This document shows positions 23,501 to 36,368 of a stretch of DNA of 64,000 nt, one piece after another. Made by a program: the position numbers and the translations under genes. This DNA is from Anaeramoeba ignava BMAN. Its lineage: Eukaryota; Protista; Anaeramoebae. The DNA is taken from the NCBI GenBank assembly GCA_028826165.1, contig JAPDFW010000083.1:285659-349658 (forward strand), written 5' to 3'. Position 1 is the stretch's first letter; each line of letters opens with the position of its first letter. The notes under the pieces are model-generated. The model ran no database searches. It worked only from the letters and a program-made list of their open reading frames with translations, and was not told the DNA's origin.

Positions 23501-25579
23501 GACTTATCCTCATTTTGCTTCAGAAATTATTGATTCCCTTATTGTTTTACTCCAAAATTCAAAAGATGAAACTGTTCAACATTATATTATTAGAATAATT
23601 ACAACATTTTCAAACTTAAAAGATGTTTTTTATTCTTTTTTTCTAAATTTATTAAAAAAAAACACTTACTTTTGTTTTTTTTCAATTTCAAATTTAGATC
23701 AACTTAAAATTAGTTTCTGATTCAGAATTCATTTCAACTTTAATTAGAATTTTAAAAGAAAAACAAAAAATCAATTCAAAAGCAAGAAATTCTTATTTAC
23801 TTCCAATTTTAGCAATTTTAAAAAGTTTATCAACTGAAAATGGTATTTAAAAAAAAAAATTGAATTAAAAAAACTAAATCTCTTTTTTAGTTTCTGGTCA
23901 AAATTCATTAGTTTCAAAAGGAGTTATTCCAATTTTACATGAAATTTGTCTTAATTCAAGTCTTGAAGTTCAAAGAGAAGTTATTCAATTATTTTCTGCA
24001 ATTTCTTATGAAAATGGTATTTAATTTTTTAAAATCGGAAAAAAAATTTTTTCCGAAATTTTCATTTTTAATTAAAATACAAAAAAAAATTTCAAATAGA
24101 AAATTCAGTTTTAATGATGATTAAAGAATCAGTCTTACAAACATTATTTTTATTATTCTATCAATATGAAGAAACAATGCTAACTCAAGATTTATTATAT
24201 TGCATTTCAATTTTTGCAAAATTTGGTAAAAAAAAACTGTCAAAAAAATTTTTTTCATCAAAAATTCACTCCTTTTTTTTTTCTTAAAGAATTTATTGCT
24301 TCTTCATTAGGAGAAATTGGATTCATTGAAATACTTGTTCAGAAATTAGTCCCTTCAAAAGAAGAAGCTGAATTATTTGATGTTTCTGATTGTTCAGTTT
24401 TTGGAGTTGATACAAGTTGCTTCAAAGTTTTAAATCAATTGATTTCAAATCAATCTTCAAAATCAAATCGAGAAAGAATTCTCAAAACAAATATTCTTGA
24501 AATTATCAAAGAAAAAATTGATTATTTTGATGTCGAATTGTTTATTGAAATTTTTCGTTTCATTTCAACTTTTTTTAAATTTTATGGTAAAAAAAAAAAT
24601 TATTTTCTTCTTAATTTTCTTCTTAATTCTTTTTTAGATCAAAAAACAAAGGGAATTATAGCATCTTCTCAAGATATTATTGCTTGTATTATTAAAAATA
24701 ATCTCATTTCTTATCCAAATTTATCTTTTATTGATTCTTTGATAAATTTTTTACAAGATGTTATGAATCAAAAAGGTTTATTTTTAAATTTAAATTTAAT
24801 TTTAAATTTTAATTTTAATTTTAATTTTAATTTTAAATTTAATTTTAATTTTAATTTTAATTTTAAAATTTTAATTTTAATTTTAATTTTAATTTTAATT
24901 TTAAATTTAATTTTAAATTTTAATTTTAATTTTAAATTTAATTTTAATTTTAATTTTAATTTTAATTTTAAATTTTAATTTTAATTTTAATTTTAATTTT
25001 AAATTTAGATCTTATTTTTTGGTTGGCAAAAAATCAAATGTTTGAAACACTTTCACAAATTTTTTTAAATTTAACATCAAATCAAAGTTTATTTGATGAA
25101 AATTTACAACAAGAAAATTTTTCAGAAAATCAAAATCAAACTCAAACTCAAACTCAAACTCCAAAAATTATTCCTTTTAATTTTAAGAATTTTAAAGAAA
25201 ATAAAATTTCATTTACTTTAAATGAAATAATCATTTCAAAACAAATTGTAATTTCAATTTAAAATTTCAATTTAAAATTTAAATAAATTTTTATTTATTA
25301 TTTATTTTATTTTATTTAGATTGAAAATATTGCAAAAATCTTTTATTTTGCTTCTCAATTTAAAGTAAAAATAATTTTAAATTTTTTCTTTTTCATTTTA
25401 AATTTTAAAATTCATTTTGTTTTTAGGATGAATTAATTCAATTAAATCTTAATATTTTCCAAAATCCAAATGTTATAAAAGCTTTAAAAGAAGGTTTATT
25501 AATGAAAAAACTCTTTATTGTTCAAAATTATTGTGAAGAAGCATTAAAATTTTTAAACTTTTTAAATTTTAAATTCTAA
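20600..25579 (+). CDS. Multi-exon ARM/HEAT-repeat protein (5' part poorly resolved)
   Basis: Helical repeat exons from 23311 on (IPSLRLLLKSQSKIVQRNILISLTELV; GVIPILHEICLNSSLEVQREVIQ; GFIEILVQKL) separated by short GT-AG introns; TAA at 25577-79. Upstream exons at 20600-21280 look garbled. Confidence 0.5.
21280..23210. repeat. ~1.9 kb satellite (AAAACAAATTT)n, probably intronic
   Basis: 11-12 bp unit visible; lies between putative exons of the ARM gene. Confidence 0.9.
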
Positions 25580-25700
25580 ATTAAATTTTAAATTAAATTT
25601 TAAATTAAATTTGATTAAAAAAAAAAGAAATAAAAAATTTTTTCTTGTTTTTGTTTTTGTTTTTGTTTTTGTTTTTGTTTTTGTTTTTGCTTTTCTAAAT

Positions 25701-27598
25701 TTAAAAATCAGCGCAAGATTCATAAAAACAAAAAACACCCGAAACTAATCCATAAAAAAGAAGGATATTTGGGAATAAATTTGGTTTCCAATATTTTTTT
25801 GAGAAAATAAAAGCAAGAAAAGTTCTTTTTTGTTTTGTTGGTTCAGCAGTAATAGATTGAACCAAGGAAACATTTTCACGATCAGCATCATCGAATTCAG
25901 TTTCAAGAACAATATCACCAACTGATTTTTCTGATCTAAGAATAGAATATTCAACATTAACACTCATTGGAGGAGCTTTAAAAATATTATCGTAACGGAT
26001 TTTTAGATAAAAAAGCGCAGGTAAAATATAAACTATAATGTTTCCTGCTAATGAACCTGTGATTGAGAAAACGGAAACAATTCCTGGAACTGTAATTCCT
26101 ACTCCAAGTGATAAGAAAAATGGAATAATAATTGAAAGAGTAGTTTGCCATTTTTTAGTTGAATCTTTGAAGACTAATTGATGGAAAGATTGTTTGCAAG
26201 CAAAAAAAACGACTGGAGAAGAGAAGATTATTGTGACTAACATTGCGAAGCGAGCTTTTAATTTTATAAATTAATTTTAATTTTAATTTTAATTTTAATT
26301 TTATAAATTTTAATTTTAATTTTAATTTTAATTTTAATTTTAATTTTAATTTTAATTTTAGTTTTTAATTTTAGTTTTAATTTTAATTTTAATTTTAATT
26401 TTAATTTTAATTTTAATTTTTATTTTTAATTTTAATTTTAATTTTAATTTTGATTTTAATTTTAATTTTAATTTTATAAATTAATTTTAATTTTATAAGT
26501 TTTATTACCTGCAATCGCCCATTTATCATTTGTCGCATAATTTAATAAAATATCTCCATGTGTATCACCATAAAATTGAAGATAACCAAAAATACCAATT
26601 GTCAAATAAAGAATACTTGCAAAATCAATAGAAGAATGATAAACAACTCTTTTCCTTTTCAAAGTAGCATTTTTCAAATTAGAAAAAACAGCAAAAAGAT
26701 TAATTTGGCAAATAAAAGCAAGAGAAATAATTGGAATTGCAAGAAGAATTTTAGGAGTAAAAGAAAATAAATGAAGTTGACTTTTTTGGACACCATTTTT
26801 ATGCAAATAATTAATAGAATGACCAACAACTTGAAGAAGAACATAAATAACGGTAACCAAAGAAATCAAACTAGTAAAACTAAGCTGAACAATTTCTTTA
26901 TAAAAGGAAAGAGGAAGACAAACAGCAATTGAAATGAGGAAAATCAAAAATTTCCGATTTCGAAAAACCGAATCATGTCCTTCAAGAAAATAATCCATTA
27001 ACGGTTTAGAAACATCTCCAATAAAACAGAAATACCCACTGTTTGCGCCAAAAGTAAGAAGAAAAACTCCTCCAACAACAAGATATGAACCCACTTTTTT
27101 GAACGCTGTTCGCGAAAGATCGCGATATCCATTCACGCCTGAAATCAATGATGCTTGTGTTAGTAATTCCATTGAATAAATCCCTAAAATTGCACTGAAT
27201 AGAAGCAATATTGATGCTAATAGCACTCCTGCTGCTTTGAATGCGAATGGTACCGCTAATGTTCCTGCTCCAATAATCGTGTTTGTTAATGTGAAAATGG
27301 ATTGTGATAATGATCCAGTGCGAATTTTTTCTTTTTGTTTTTTTATGATTAATTTTTCTTTTTCATCACTTGATTCATTTTCATTATTTGATTCATTTTC
27401 ATTATTTGATTCATTTTCTTTTTCAATTTCAATGCTTGTTTCTTTGCTTGTTTCGTTTAATTCTTCTTTATTTGAATTTTTCGATTCATCAATTGTTTCA
27501 TTTATTTCTTCATTTATTTCTTCTTTTATTTCTTCTTTTATTTCTTCTTTTATTTCTTCGTTTATTTCTTCGTTTATTTCTTCGTTTGATTTAGACAT
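25701..27598 (-). CDS. Amino-acid transporter, AAAP/SLC38-like, 2 exons
   Basis: SIFTLTNTIIGAGTLAVPFAF, AFICQINL and LTIGIFGYLQF..GDILLNY motifs. Intron 26255-26508 joins the two ORFs in frame. Confidence 0.9.
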
Positions 27599-27954
27599 TA
27601 AAAAAAATGAAAAAAGAAAAAAGTGAATTAATTTTTTTTTGGTTTTTTTTTTGAAATTTTTTTTTTTTATTTTGATTTTGATTTGTTGGCTTTAAGAAAA
27701 ATTAAAAGGAGAAAAAAATTAAAATAAAATCCACTTTTTTTTTTAATCTTTTTATTTTTATTTTAAATTAAATTTTTTAAAAACATTCCAAAAAAAAAAA
27801 GATCAAGAAAAGAGAATGAAAAAAAAATCATTTTTGATTTTTGTTTTTGTTTTTGTTTTTTGTTTTTAATTTTGAAATGAAAAAAAAAAAGAAAAAAAAA
27901 ATAATTTTTTCGTTTTCAATTCAATTTGATTTGATTTGATTTGATTTGATTTGA

Positions 27955-30690
27955 TTATTTAAAAATCAATCCAAAAGTTAAAGAAAGTGCAATCATGATT
28001 GTTAAAACTAAACAAATAATGCAACATAATTTCTAATTTAAAAATTTAAAAATTTAAAAATTTAAAATTTAAAAAAATGTTTTAATTATTTATTTTTTAA
28101 ATTATTTACTCTTCTGCTTTTTTTTTGATAAACTCTAGCTTGTTGAAGTTCTTCAACACCTTTTTCAACATAATCAACACTTTTAAAAACATTATCTTCA
28201 ATTGTATTCAAATGTTCTCCTAATAAATTTAATTTTAATTTTTTGAAATTACATGAAATTTAAAATTTTGAAATTACATGAAATGAAATGAAAAATTACC
28301 TTGTAATTGAACTAAATTTGACATATCAATAAATAATTGTTGAATTTCATTAATACTTTTTTCTAAATTTAAAATTTCTGAATGTTTAATTTCAATTTCT
28401 TCAAGCACACCTCGTGCTTCCTTGAATGAATAATTATTTTTTTTCAATATAAATTTTTTTAATAATTATTTCTATATTATTTTTTTTTTCTTCATTATTT
28501 TAAAACCTGATATGATTGAGAATCAACAACTGAGAAAATTTGACCTGAATTCCCAGTTTTAATATATTCATCGACTTCATCTTCAGTTATATTATGATCA
28601 ACTTAATTAAAGAATTTTTTTTTTTTTGGATTTTAATATTTTTAAATCCATTTCATTTAAATTTATTTTTAAATTTATTTTTAATTTAAATTTATTTTGG
28701 ATTTAAATTTATTTTTGATTTAAATTTATTTTTGATTTAAATTTATTTTTGGATTTAAATTTATTTTGGATTTAAATTTATTTTTGATTTAAATTTATTT
28801 TGATTTAAATTTATTTTGGATTTAAATTTATTTTTGATTTAAATTTATTTTGGATTTAAATTTATTTTTGATTTAAATTTATTTTTGATTTAGATTTATT
28901 TTGGATTTAAATCTATTTTTGATTTAAATTTATTTTTGATTTAAATTTATTTTTGATTTAAATTTATTTTTGATTTAAATTTATTTTTGATTTAAATTTA
29001 TTTTTGATTTAAATTTATTTTTGATTTAAATTTATTTTTGATTTAAATTTATTTTGGATTTAAATTTATTTTGAATTTAAATTTATTTTGAATTTAAATT
29101 TATTTTGATTTAAATTTATTTTGGATTTTAATATTTTTAAATCCATTTCATTTAAATTTATTTTAAATTTATTTTAAATTTATTTTAAATTTATTTTAAA
29201 TTTATTTTAGATTTAAATTTATTTTGGATTTAAATTTATTTTTGATTTAAATTTATTTTTAATTTAAATCTATTTTGGATTTAAATTTATTTTGGATTTA
29301 AATTTATTTTGGATTTAAATTTATTTTTGATTTAAATTTATTTTTAATTTAAATTTATTTTGGATTTAAATTTATTTTGATTTAAATTTATTTTGGATTT
29401 AAATTTATTTTTGATTTAAATTTATTTTTGATTTAAATTTATTTTTGATTTAAATTTATTTTTAATTTATTTTGGATTTAAATTTATTTTAATTTAAATT
29501 TATTTTGGATTTAAATTTATTTTTGATTTAAATTTATATTAAATTTAAATTTATTTTTGATTTAAATTTATTTTTAATTTAAATTTATTTTGGATTTAAA
29601 TTTATTTTTGGATTTAAATTTATTTTGGATTTAAATTTATTTTGATTTAAATTTATTTTGATTTAAATTTATTTTGGATTTAAATTTATTTTGGATTTAA
29701 ATTTATTTTTGGATTTAAATTTATTTTTGATTTAAATTTATTTTTGATTTAAATCTATTTCTGATTTAAATTTATTTTAATTTAAATTTATTTCATTTTA
29801 ATTGTATTTTAAAAGATAGATATTCAATTCTAATTCTTAAAAATATATACCAATTTTGCATCTTCTTGAAACATCTGCACGAAATTTGCTTTTATATTTT
29901 TCTTGTGAATTTTGAAATGTTTCCATTGCATCCAAAAATTTTGTCACAAGAGCCTATATTATTATTATTTATATTTATATTTATATTTATATTTATATTT
30001 ATATTTATATTTATATTTATATTTATATTTATATTTTAATATTTATTTTTATATTTATATTTATTTCTGATTTATATTATTTTATTTTAATTAATTTTTA
30101 CTTGATGTTGATTTTGTTAAATTTATTTTAGTTTAAATCTATTTTGTGATTAAATTTATTTTTAATTTTAAATTTATTTGATTTTAATTTTTAATTTTAA
30201 ATGATTTTAATTTTAATTTTAAAAATTTTATTTTAATTTTAATTTTAATTTTGCACGAATTTTGATTTTTTTTTTTTTCTAATTTTAATTTTATAAATGA
30301 ATTTTAATTTTAATTTTAATTTTAATTCACAATTTTAAGCCTAATTTTAATTTTATATTTGTATTTGAATTTTAATTTTATTTTATAAATGAATTTTATT
30401 TTGATTTTATTTTATTTTAATTTTTATTTTGATTTTAATTTTAATTTTATTCTTGTAAATTTTAATTTTTTGAAATATAGTTTGAATTTAATAAATGTGG
30501 TGGTTCTTTTGCATTTAAAAAAAAATAAAAGAAATTTGAAAGAAAAAGAAAAGAAGATCAAAGTTAGTCAACAAATTACGTTTTGTTTGAGGAGACTTAG
30601 TAGAGTTTAAAGATTTATCTTGAATTCTTTCAAACATTTTAGTTTGTTTTTCAATTAAAGAAATAGTATCTTCAACTGTTTTAATTTTAA
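27955..30690 (-). CDS. Syntaxin (Qa-SNARE, plasma-membrane type), multi-exon, 5' end unresolved
   Basis: Spliced exons read ALVTKFLDAMETFQNSQEKYK; EIEIKHSEILNLEKSIMEIQQLFIDMSNLVQLQGEHLNTIEDNV..VEKGVEELQQARVYQKK; C-terminal TM CCIICLVLTIMIALSL. Missing from the ORF track. Confidence 0.85.
28640..29795. repeat. Intronic ~18-bp satellite (GATTTAAATTTATTTTG/T)n
   Basis: Fills a syntaxin intron. Confidence 0.9.
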
Positions 30691-31726
30691 TTTTAACTTT
30701 TTGGTTTTAGGATTTTAATTTTAATTTTAATTTTGATTTTCATTTTGATTTTGATTTTGGAGTTTTAATTTTGTTTTTGATTTTGATGAAAAAATTGGAA
30801 AAGAAAATATTAAACCAAAAAGAAAAATTTGAAAAAATGATAAAAATTTTTCAAAAATAAAAATTTTTAATTTTGGTTTAATAAAAATTTTGATTTTTGA
30901 TTTTTGATTTTGATTTTAATTTTAATTTTAATTTTAATTTTAATTTTAATTTTAATTTTAATTTTAATTTTAATATTAATTTGATTTTGATTTTAATTTT
31001 AAATTTTATTTTGGTTTTTTTGCATTTAAAAATAAAAGAAATTTTAATTTGAAAAGTTTTAATTTTATTTTTATTTTTGATTTTAATTTTAATTTTGTTT
31101 AATTTAATTTAAAATATTTAATTTGAATTCTTTCAAACATTTTAGTTTGTTTTTCAATTTTAAAGAATTTTAATCTTCAACTGTTTTAAAATTTCCAAAA
31201 TAATCATCAATTTTAATTTTTGATTTTAATTTTGATTTCAACAGGAATTTGTTATTAATTTTAATTTTAATTTTAATTTTAATATTGCATTTAATTTTGA
31301 TTTTGAATTTAAATTTTAATCTTGCATTTTAATTTTGTTTTTGATTTTGATGAAAAATTGGAAAAGAAAATATTAAACCAAAAAGAAAAATTTGAAAAAT
31401 GATAAAATTTTTCAAAAATAAAAATTTTTAATTTTAATTTTAATAAAAATTTCACATTTATTTAATTGCATTTGATTTTGAATTTTAATTTTAATTTTGA
31501 TTTTAATTTTAATTTTAATTTGAATTTAATTTTAATTTTGATTTTAATTTTAATATTGATTTTAATTTTAATTTTAATTTTAATTTTAATATTAATATTA
31601 ATTTTAATTTTAATTTTAATTTTGATTTTGATTTTAATTTTAATTTTAAATTTAATTTTAATTTTAATTTTAATTTTGATTTTGATTTTGATTTTGATTT
31701 TGATTTTGATTTTAATTTTGATTGAA

Positions 31727-33888
31727 TTATTTGTCCTTTTCAGTTTTTCTTTTTTTAATTTCATTTATTTCTTCATTTTCTTCATTTATTTCTTTTGTTA
31801 AATTTTTTGAAAAATATTGAAACATTTGTTGTACTAATTTTTTCCATTTTTCTTCATCTTTAAAAGGTAAATTATAAACTTGAGAAAATCCATCATTTTC
31901 AAAAAAAATATTTGGAAAAAGAAAAGGATTTTCATTTTTAGAATGTTCTATTTCTGTAAGTGAAATTTGAATTCCTTTTGGAAAGAAATTATCTTCTTGA
32001 TGTTTATCATCAGAAAATAATATTGCTTTTCTTTTCTTTTTATTTGGATTTTTTGATTTTGATTTTAAATTTGATTTTGGTTTTGAATTTGATTTTGGTT
32101 TTGATTTTAAATTTGATTTTGAATTTGATTTTAAATTTGATTTTGATTTTGATTTTGATTTTGATTTTGATTTTGATTTTGAATTTGAATTTGATTTTGA
32201 TTTTGATTTTGATTTTGATTTTAAATTTGATTTTGATTTTGAATTTTTTGAGATTTTGATTGAAGCTTTAATTCTTGAGATGCTATTTAATAAATAAAAT
32301 CCATTTTTTAGTTTAATAATTTTAATTGAATGCAAAATGTTAACAATATCATATATTCTTTTGAAACATGTTTTTTTTGTTTGATTTGTTTTAATTATTG
32401 TTTGATTTTGTGTAAAATCTTGAATTTGATATATTGTTAATTGATTTTGAGATAATTTTTGGATAATTTCTTGAGTAAGATATATCATATAATTTATTTT
32501 TTTGGTATTTGTTGATTCTTTATTTAGATTCTTTGTTATTGGTGTTTGAAAAATTGTTTGTGGTCTTGGTTCTGAATTTGGATATTTCAGATGAATTTCA
32601 TTTTGATTTTGATTTTGATTTTGATTTTGATTTTGATTTTGATTTTGATTTTGATTTTGATTTTGATTTTGATTTTTGATTTTGATTTTGATTTTGATTT
32701 TGATTATTTTCATTTTGATTTTCATTTTGATTTTGATTTTGATTTTTGATTTTGATTTTGATTTATATTTTGATTTTGATTTATATTTTGATTTTGATTT
32801 TGATTTTGATTTTGATTTTCATTTTCATTTTCATTTTGATTTTCATTTTCATTTTCATTTTGATTTTGATTTTGATTTTGATTTATATTTTGATTTTGAT
32901 TTTGATTTTGATTTATATTTATATTTTGATTTATATTTTCATTTTGATTTTGATTTTCATTTTGATTTTGATTTATATTTTGATTTATATTTTCATTTAT
33001 ATTTTCATTTTGATTTTCATTTTGATTTATATTTTCATTTTGATTTTCATTTTGATTTTGATTTTGATTTTGATTATGATTTTGATTTTGATTTATATTT
33101 TCATTTTCATTTTGATTTTGATTTTGATTTTGATTTAGATTTTGATTTATATTTTCATTTTGATTTTGATTTTCATTTTGATTTTGATTTATATTTTCAT
33201 TTTCATTTTGATTTTGATTTATATTTATATTTTCATTTTGATTTTTATTTTTATTTTGATTTTGATTTTCATTTTGATTTTGATTTTCATTTTCATTTTC
33301 ATTTTGATTTATATTTTGATTTTGATTTTGATTTTGATTTTGATTATTTTCATTTTCATTTTCATTTTGATTTTGATTTAGATTTTGATTTTGATTTTGA
33401 TTTATATTTTGATTTTGATTTTCATTTTCATTTTGATTTTGATTTTGATTTTGATTTTGATTTTCATTTTGATTTTGATTTTGATTTAGATTTTTATTTT
33501 GATTTATATTTTGATTTTGATTTTGATTTTGATTTTGATTTTGATTTTGATTTTGATTTTGATTTTGATTTTGATTTTGATTGAATTCTAATCTGGTTTT
33601 TTTTGAATTTTCAGATTTTGAAAAACGATTTTTATGAGAACTTAAAGAAATAATTTTTTCTAATTTAGTAATAAAAGAAGAAACACCTTTAAATGAATAA
33701 TGTTGAGACTTTTTAGAAACAAAACCAACAGCTAAAAAAACATTTAAAATATCATAACATCTTCTTTTAGAAAATTTATATTTTTTTACTAAATCTTGAA
33801 TTGAAATTTCTTTTTTTTCATTTGATAAAAAATATTCTTTAAATTTTTTTGAATTTTTTGATAAAGAATTTTTTTTTGAACTTTTCAT
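31727..33888 (-). CDS. Atypical E2F/DP-like factor with two winged-helix DNA-binding domains and a long Q/N/E linker
   Basis: KRRCYDILNVFLAVGFV and FKRIYDIVNILHSIKII (RRxYD-type motifs). About 1 kb of hexamer repeat between them, with apparent indels near 32680-32750. Confidence 0.75.
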
Positions 33889-33973
33889 GTTAAAAAAAGA
33901 AAAAAAATGAAAAATATTATTTTGAAAAAAAAAAATTTTCAATTTAATTTTTATAAAAATTTTAAATTGAAAA

Positions 33974-35829
33974 TTAATCTTTTTTTTTAACTTTAGATGA
34001 GAAAAAATGAAATGATTCAAAAATTATTTCTGCAATTTGAGAAGTTTCACACTGAATTACAGCTTTTTCATTTTTGGAAATATCAGGAATAATCAATAAA
34101 ATTTTATCACTTTTCCGAATTCTTGAAATTTCAAAATTGGAAGAATAATTTTGATTGATCAAACGGGAATATTTATTGTCTTGTTTGATTCCAAGTTTGA
34201 ATCTTTTTGGTTCAATTTTTAAATATCCAGTTATAAAATTATCACCAAGCCAAACTGCAATAATAAAAGTCACACCACCATTTTTCTCAAAATGAGGACA
34301 ATAAACATCAGGATTTTGAAGAATATTTTGTTCCGTTAATTTTTTTTGACTGAATATTCTTCTGCTTAATTTTTTAGGTAAATTTTCTCTTTGAAATTCT
34401 GTTTGTTCGAATTTTTCAGTTTTGAAATTTTTCATTCTTGCGTTATTAAATCTTGTTATTGTTTGTGCAATTTCTTCTCTTTGAAAAGGATTATTTGCAT
34501 TAAAATCGAAAACGGTTTTTGATTCACTTGTGAACTCAATTGAAAAAAGACTTGAGTTTTGATCTTTGGTTAAAACTTTTAGTTTTGGATTCCATTTTAT
34601 TCGAAAAAGTCTTGAACCTTCGGAATTTGTAATTGATATTGAAGTTTTATTAACTGAAATAACTGCTTGTTCATTTTGTATTTTATTGTTTTTGGATTCA
34701 TTAATTAAATTGACTTGAAAATTGACTTTGCCTTTTCGAATGTGATTTGTGACTTTATTTTCAATTGATATTTCTTGTGGGATTTCTTCAGATTTTGGAT
34801 TTTGTTCAATGTTTTGTTCTTCTTGTATTTGTTTGGAAGAAAATTGATTCCATTGATTATGTGAAATTGAAATGTAAATTAAATCCAATTGGAATAATTC
34901 TTCAATTTCAATTGGATTTTCTGATTCTTCAACTATTCTAATAAATTGTTGTTTTTTTTTGTGCATGATTTTTGGCATAGAGAGAATTCTTTTAGGTCTT
35001 CTTTGTCGATTTGTTTTTGATTGATTTTTTGATTCATTTTTTGATTGATTTTTTGATTGATTTTTTGATTGATTTTTTGATTGATTTTTTGATTGATTTT
35101 TTGATTCATTTTTTGATTCATTTTTCATTTTTATTGAATGAGATCTTTTTGATTCAAAAAATGATTTTGTTTTTGGTATTATTTCTGTATGTTGTCTTGT
35201 AGGTATTTGTGCTTGTGTTTTTGATGATCTTAATAATTTAGGTTTAGCTTTTTCATCGATTAAATTTGAATTGGAATTCTTTTTAATTTTAATTTTTATA
35301 AATAAATTTTTATAAATAATTTTTATAAATAATTTTTATAAATAAATTTTAATTTTAAATTGATTCTTACATTTGGAGAAGGTAAATTTTCATTTTGAAC
35401 ACTAGAATCACTATTAAAAGCTTGGTCAGTTGTTGATTTATCAAAACCAAATAAAAATTTATCTCTCAATTTAAGCAAAGCATTAAGAACTTGGTCTCTA
35501 GCTTTTGGTTTTTTAGAAAGAAAACTATCCAATTGATTCCAATCAAAATCATCAATTTCAAATTCACCTAAAGCTCTTCTAAAAGCTCTAATATTGCTTT
35601 TTTGAGCAACAAAACTTCGCGTTCGGTTGATTTTTGGAATCGGTTTTTCATTTGGGGATAATTTGTTAATCAATTCACATAAAAGTATTGAATTTGGATC
35701 CATTATATCTTCTTCAGTTATTTTTGCATCTTCCATTTCTTGTTGTATCCATTCTAAACACACTTTCAATTTAGAATGATATGTGAATTCTTTTGGGATC
35801 ATGTTCGTTTGATCGTTGTTTTGGCTCAT
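33974..35829 (-). CDS. Calponin-homology domain protein with C-terminal PH-like regions, 2 exons
   Basis: LEWIQ..DIMDPNSILLCELINKLSP..NIRAF (CH domain). Intron 35279-35370 joins the ORFs in frame. Confidence 0.7.
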
Positions 35830-36368
35830 TTACCTTTTCTTTTTTCTTTTTGATTTTTCTTGTTTTGATTTGTTAAAATAAAAAAATGAAAAAATTTTTT
35901 TCGTTTTTTTTTTCGCATTTTTTAATCAAATTTTTCCATTTAATTTTAATTTTAATTTAAATCATTTAAAAACAATAAAATATTTGAATAAGTCAATTCA
36001 AAAACGATTTATTTTTTCTTTTTTTTTTGATTTAATTTAAAATGATTTTAATAAAAATTAAAATTTAAATTTAATAATTTTTAATTTTAATTCAATTTAA
36101 ATTGTTTTTAATTCAAAGTGAAATATTATTTTCATTGATGAAATGAATATTTTTGATCATTTATTAATCAAATTTTGAAAAAAAAGAATCAACAAGTCTT
36201 TCTTCTTTTCTTTTGATTGATTTTATATATGAATTCGCAATAGATTCGAAAGAAAATTTGAAATTAAAATGAAAATTAGAATTGACTCAAAATTTTGATC
36301 CCCTTTTTTGGCTCATTTTTTTTTTTCTATTTTTCCTTTTTTTCCCTTTTTCTTTTTATTTTTTTTAA

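Noticed and set aside
30100-31450. Apparent duplicated or scrambled syntaxin 5' exons (30785-30880 resembles 31345-31440; 30620-30685 resembles 31120-31190)
   Set aside because: Looks like low-quality or mis-collapsed assembly; cannot support biological rearrangement from this sequence alone.
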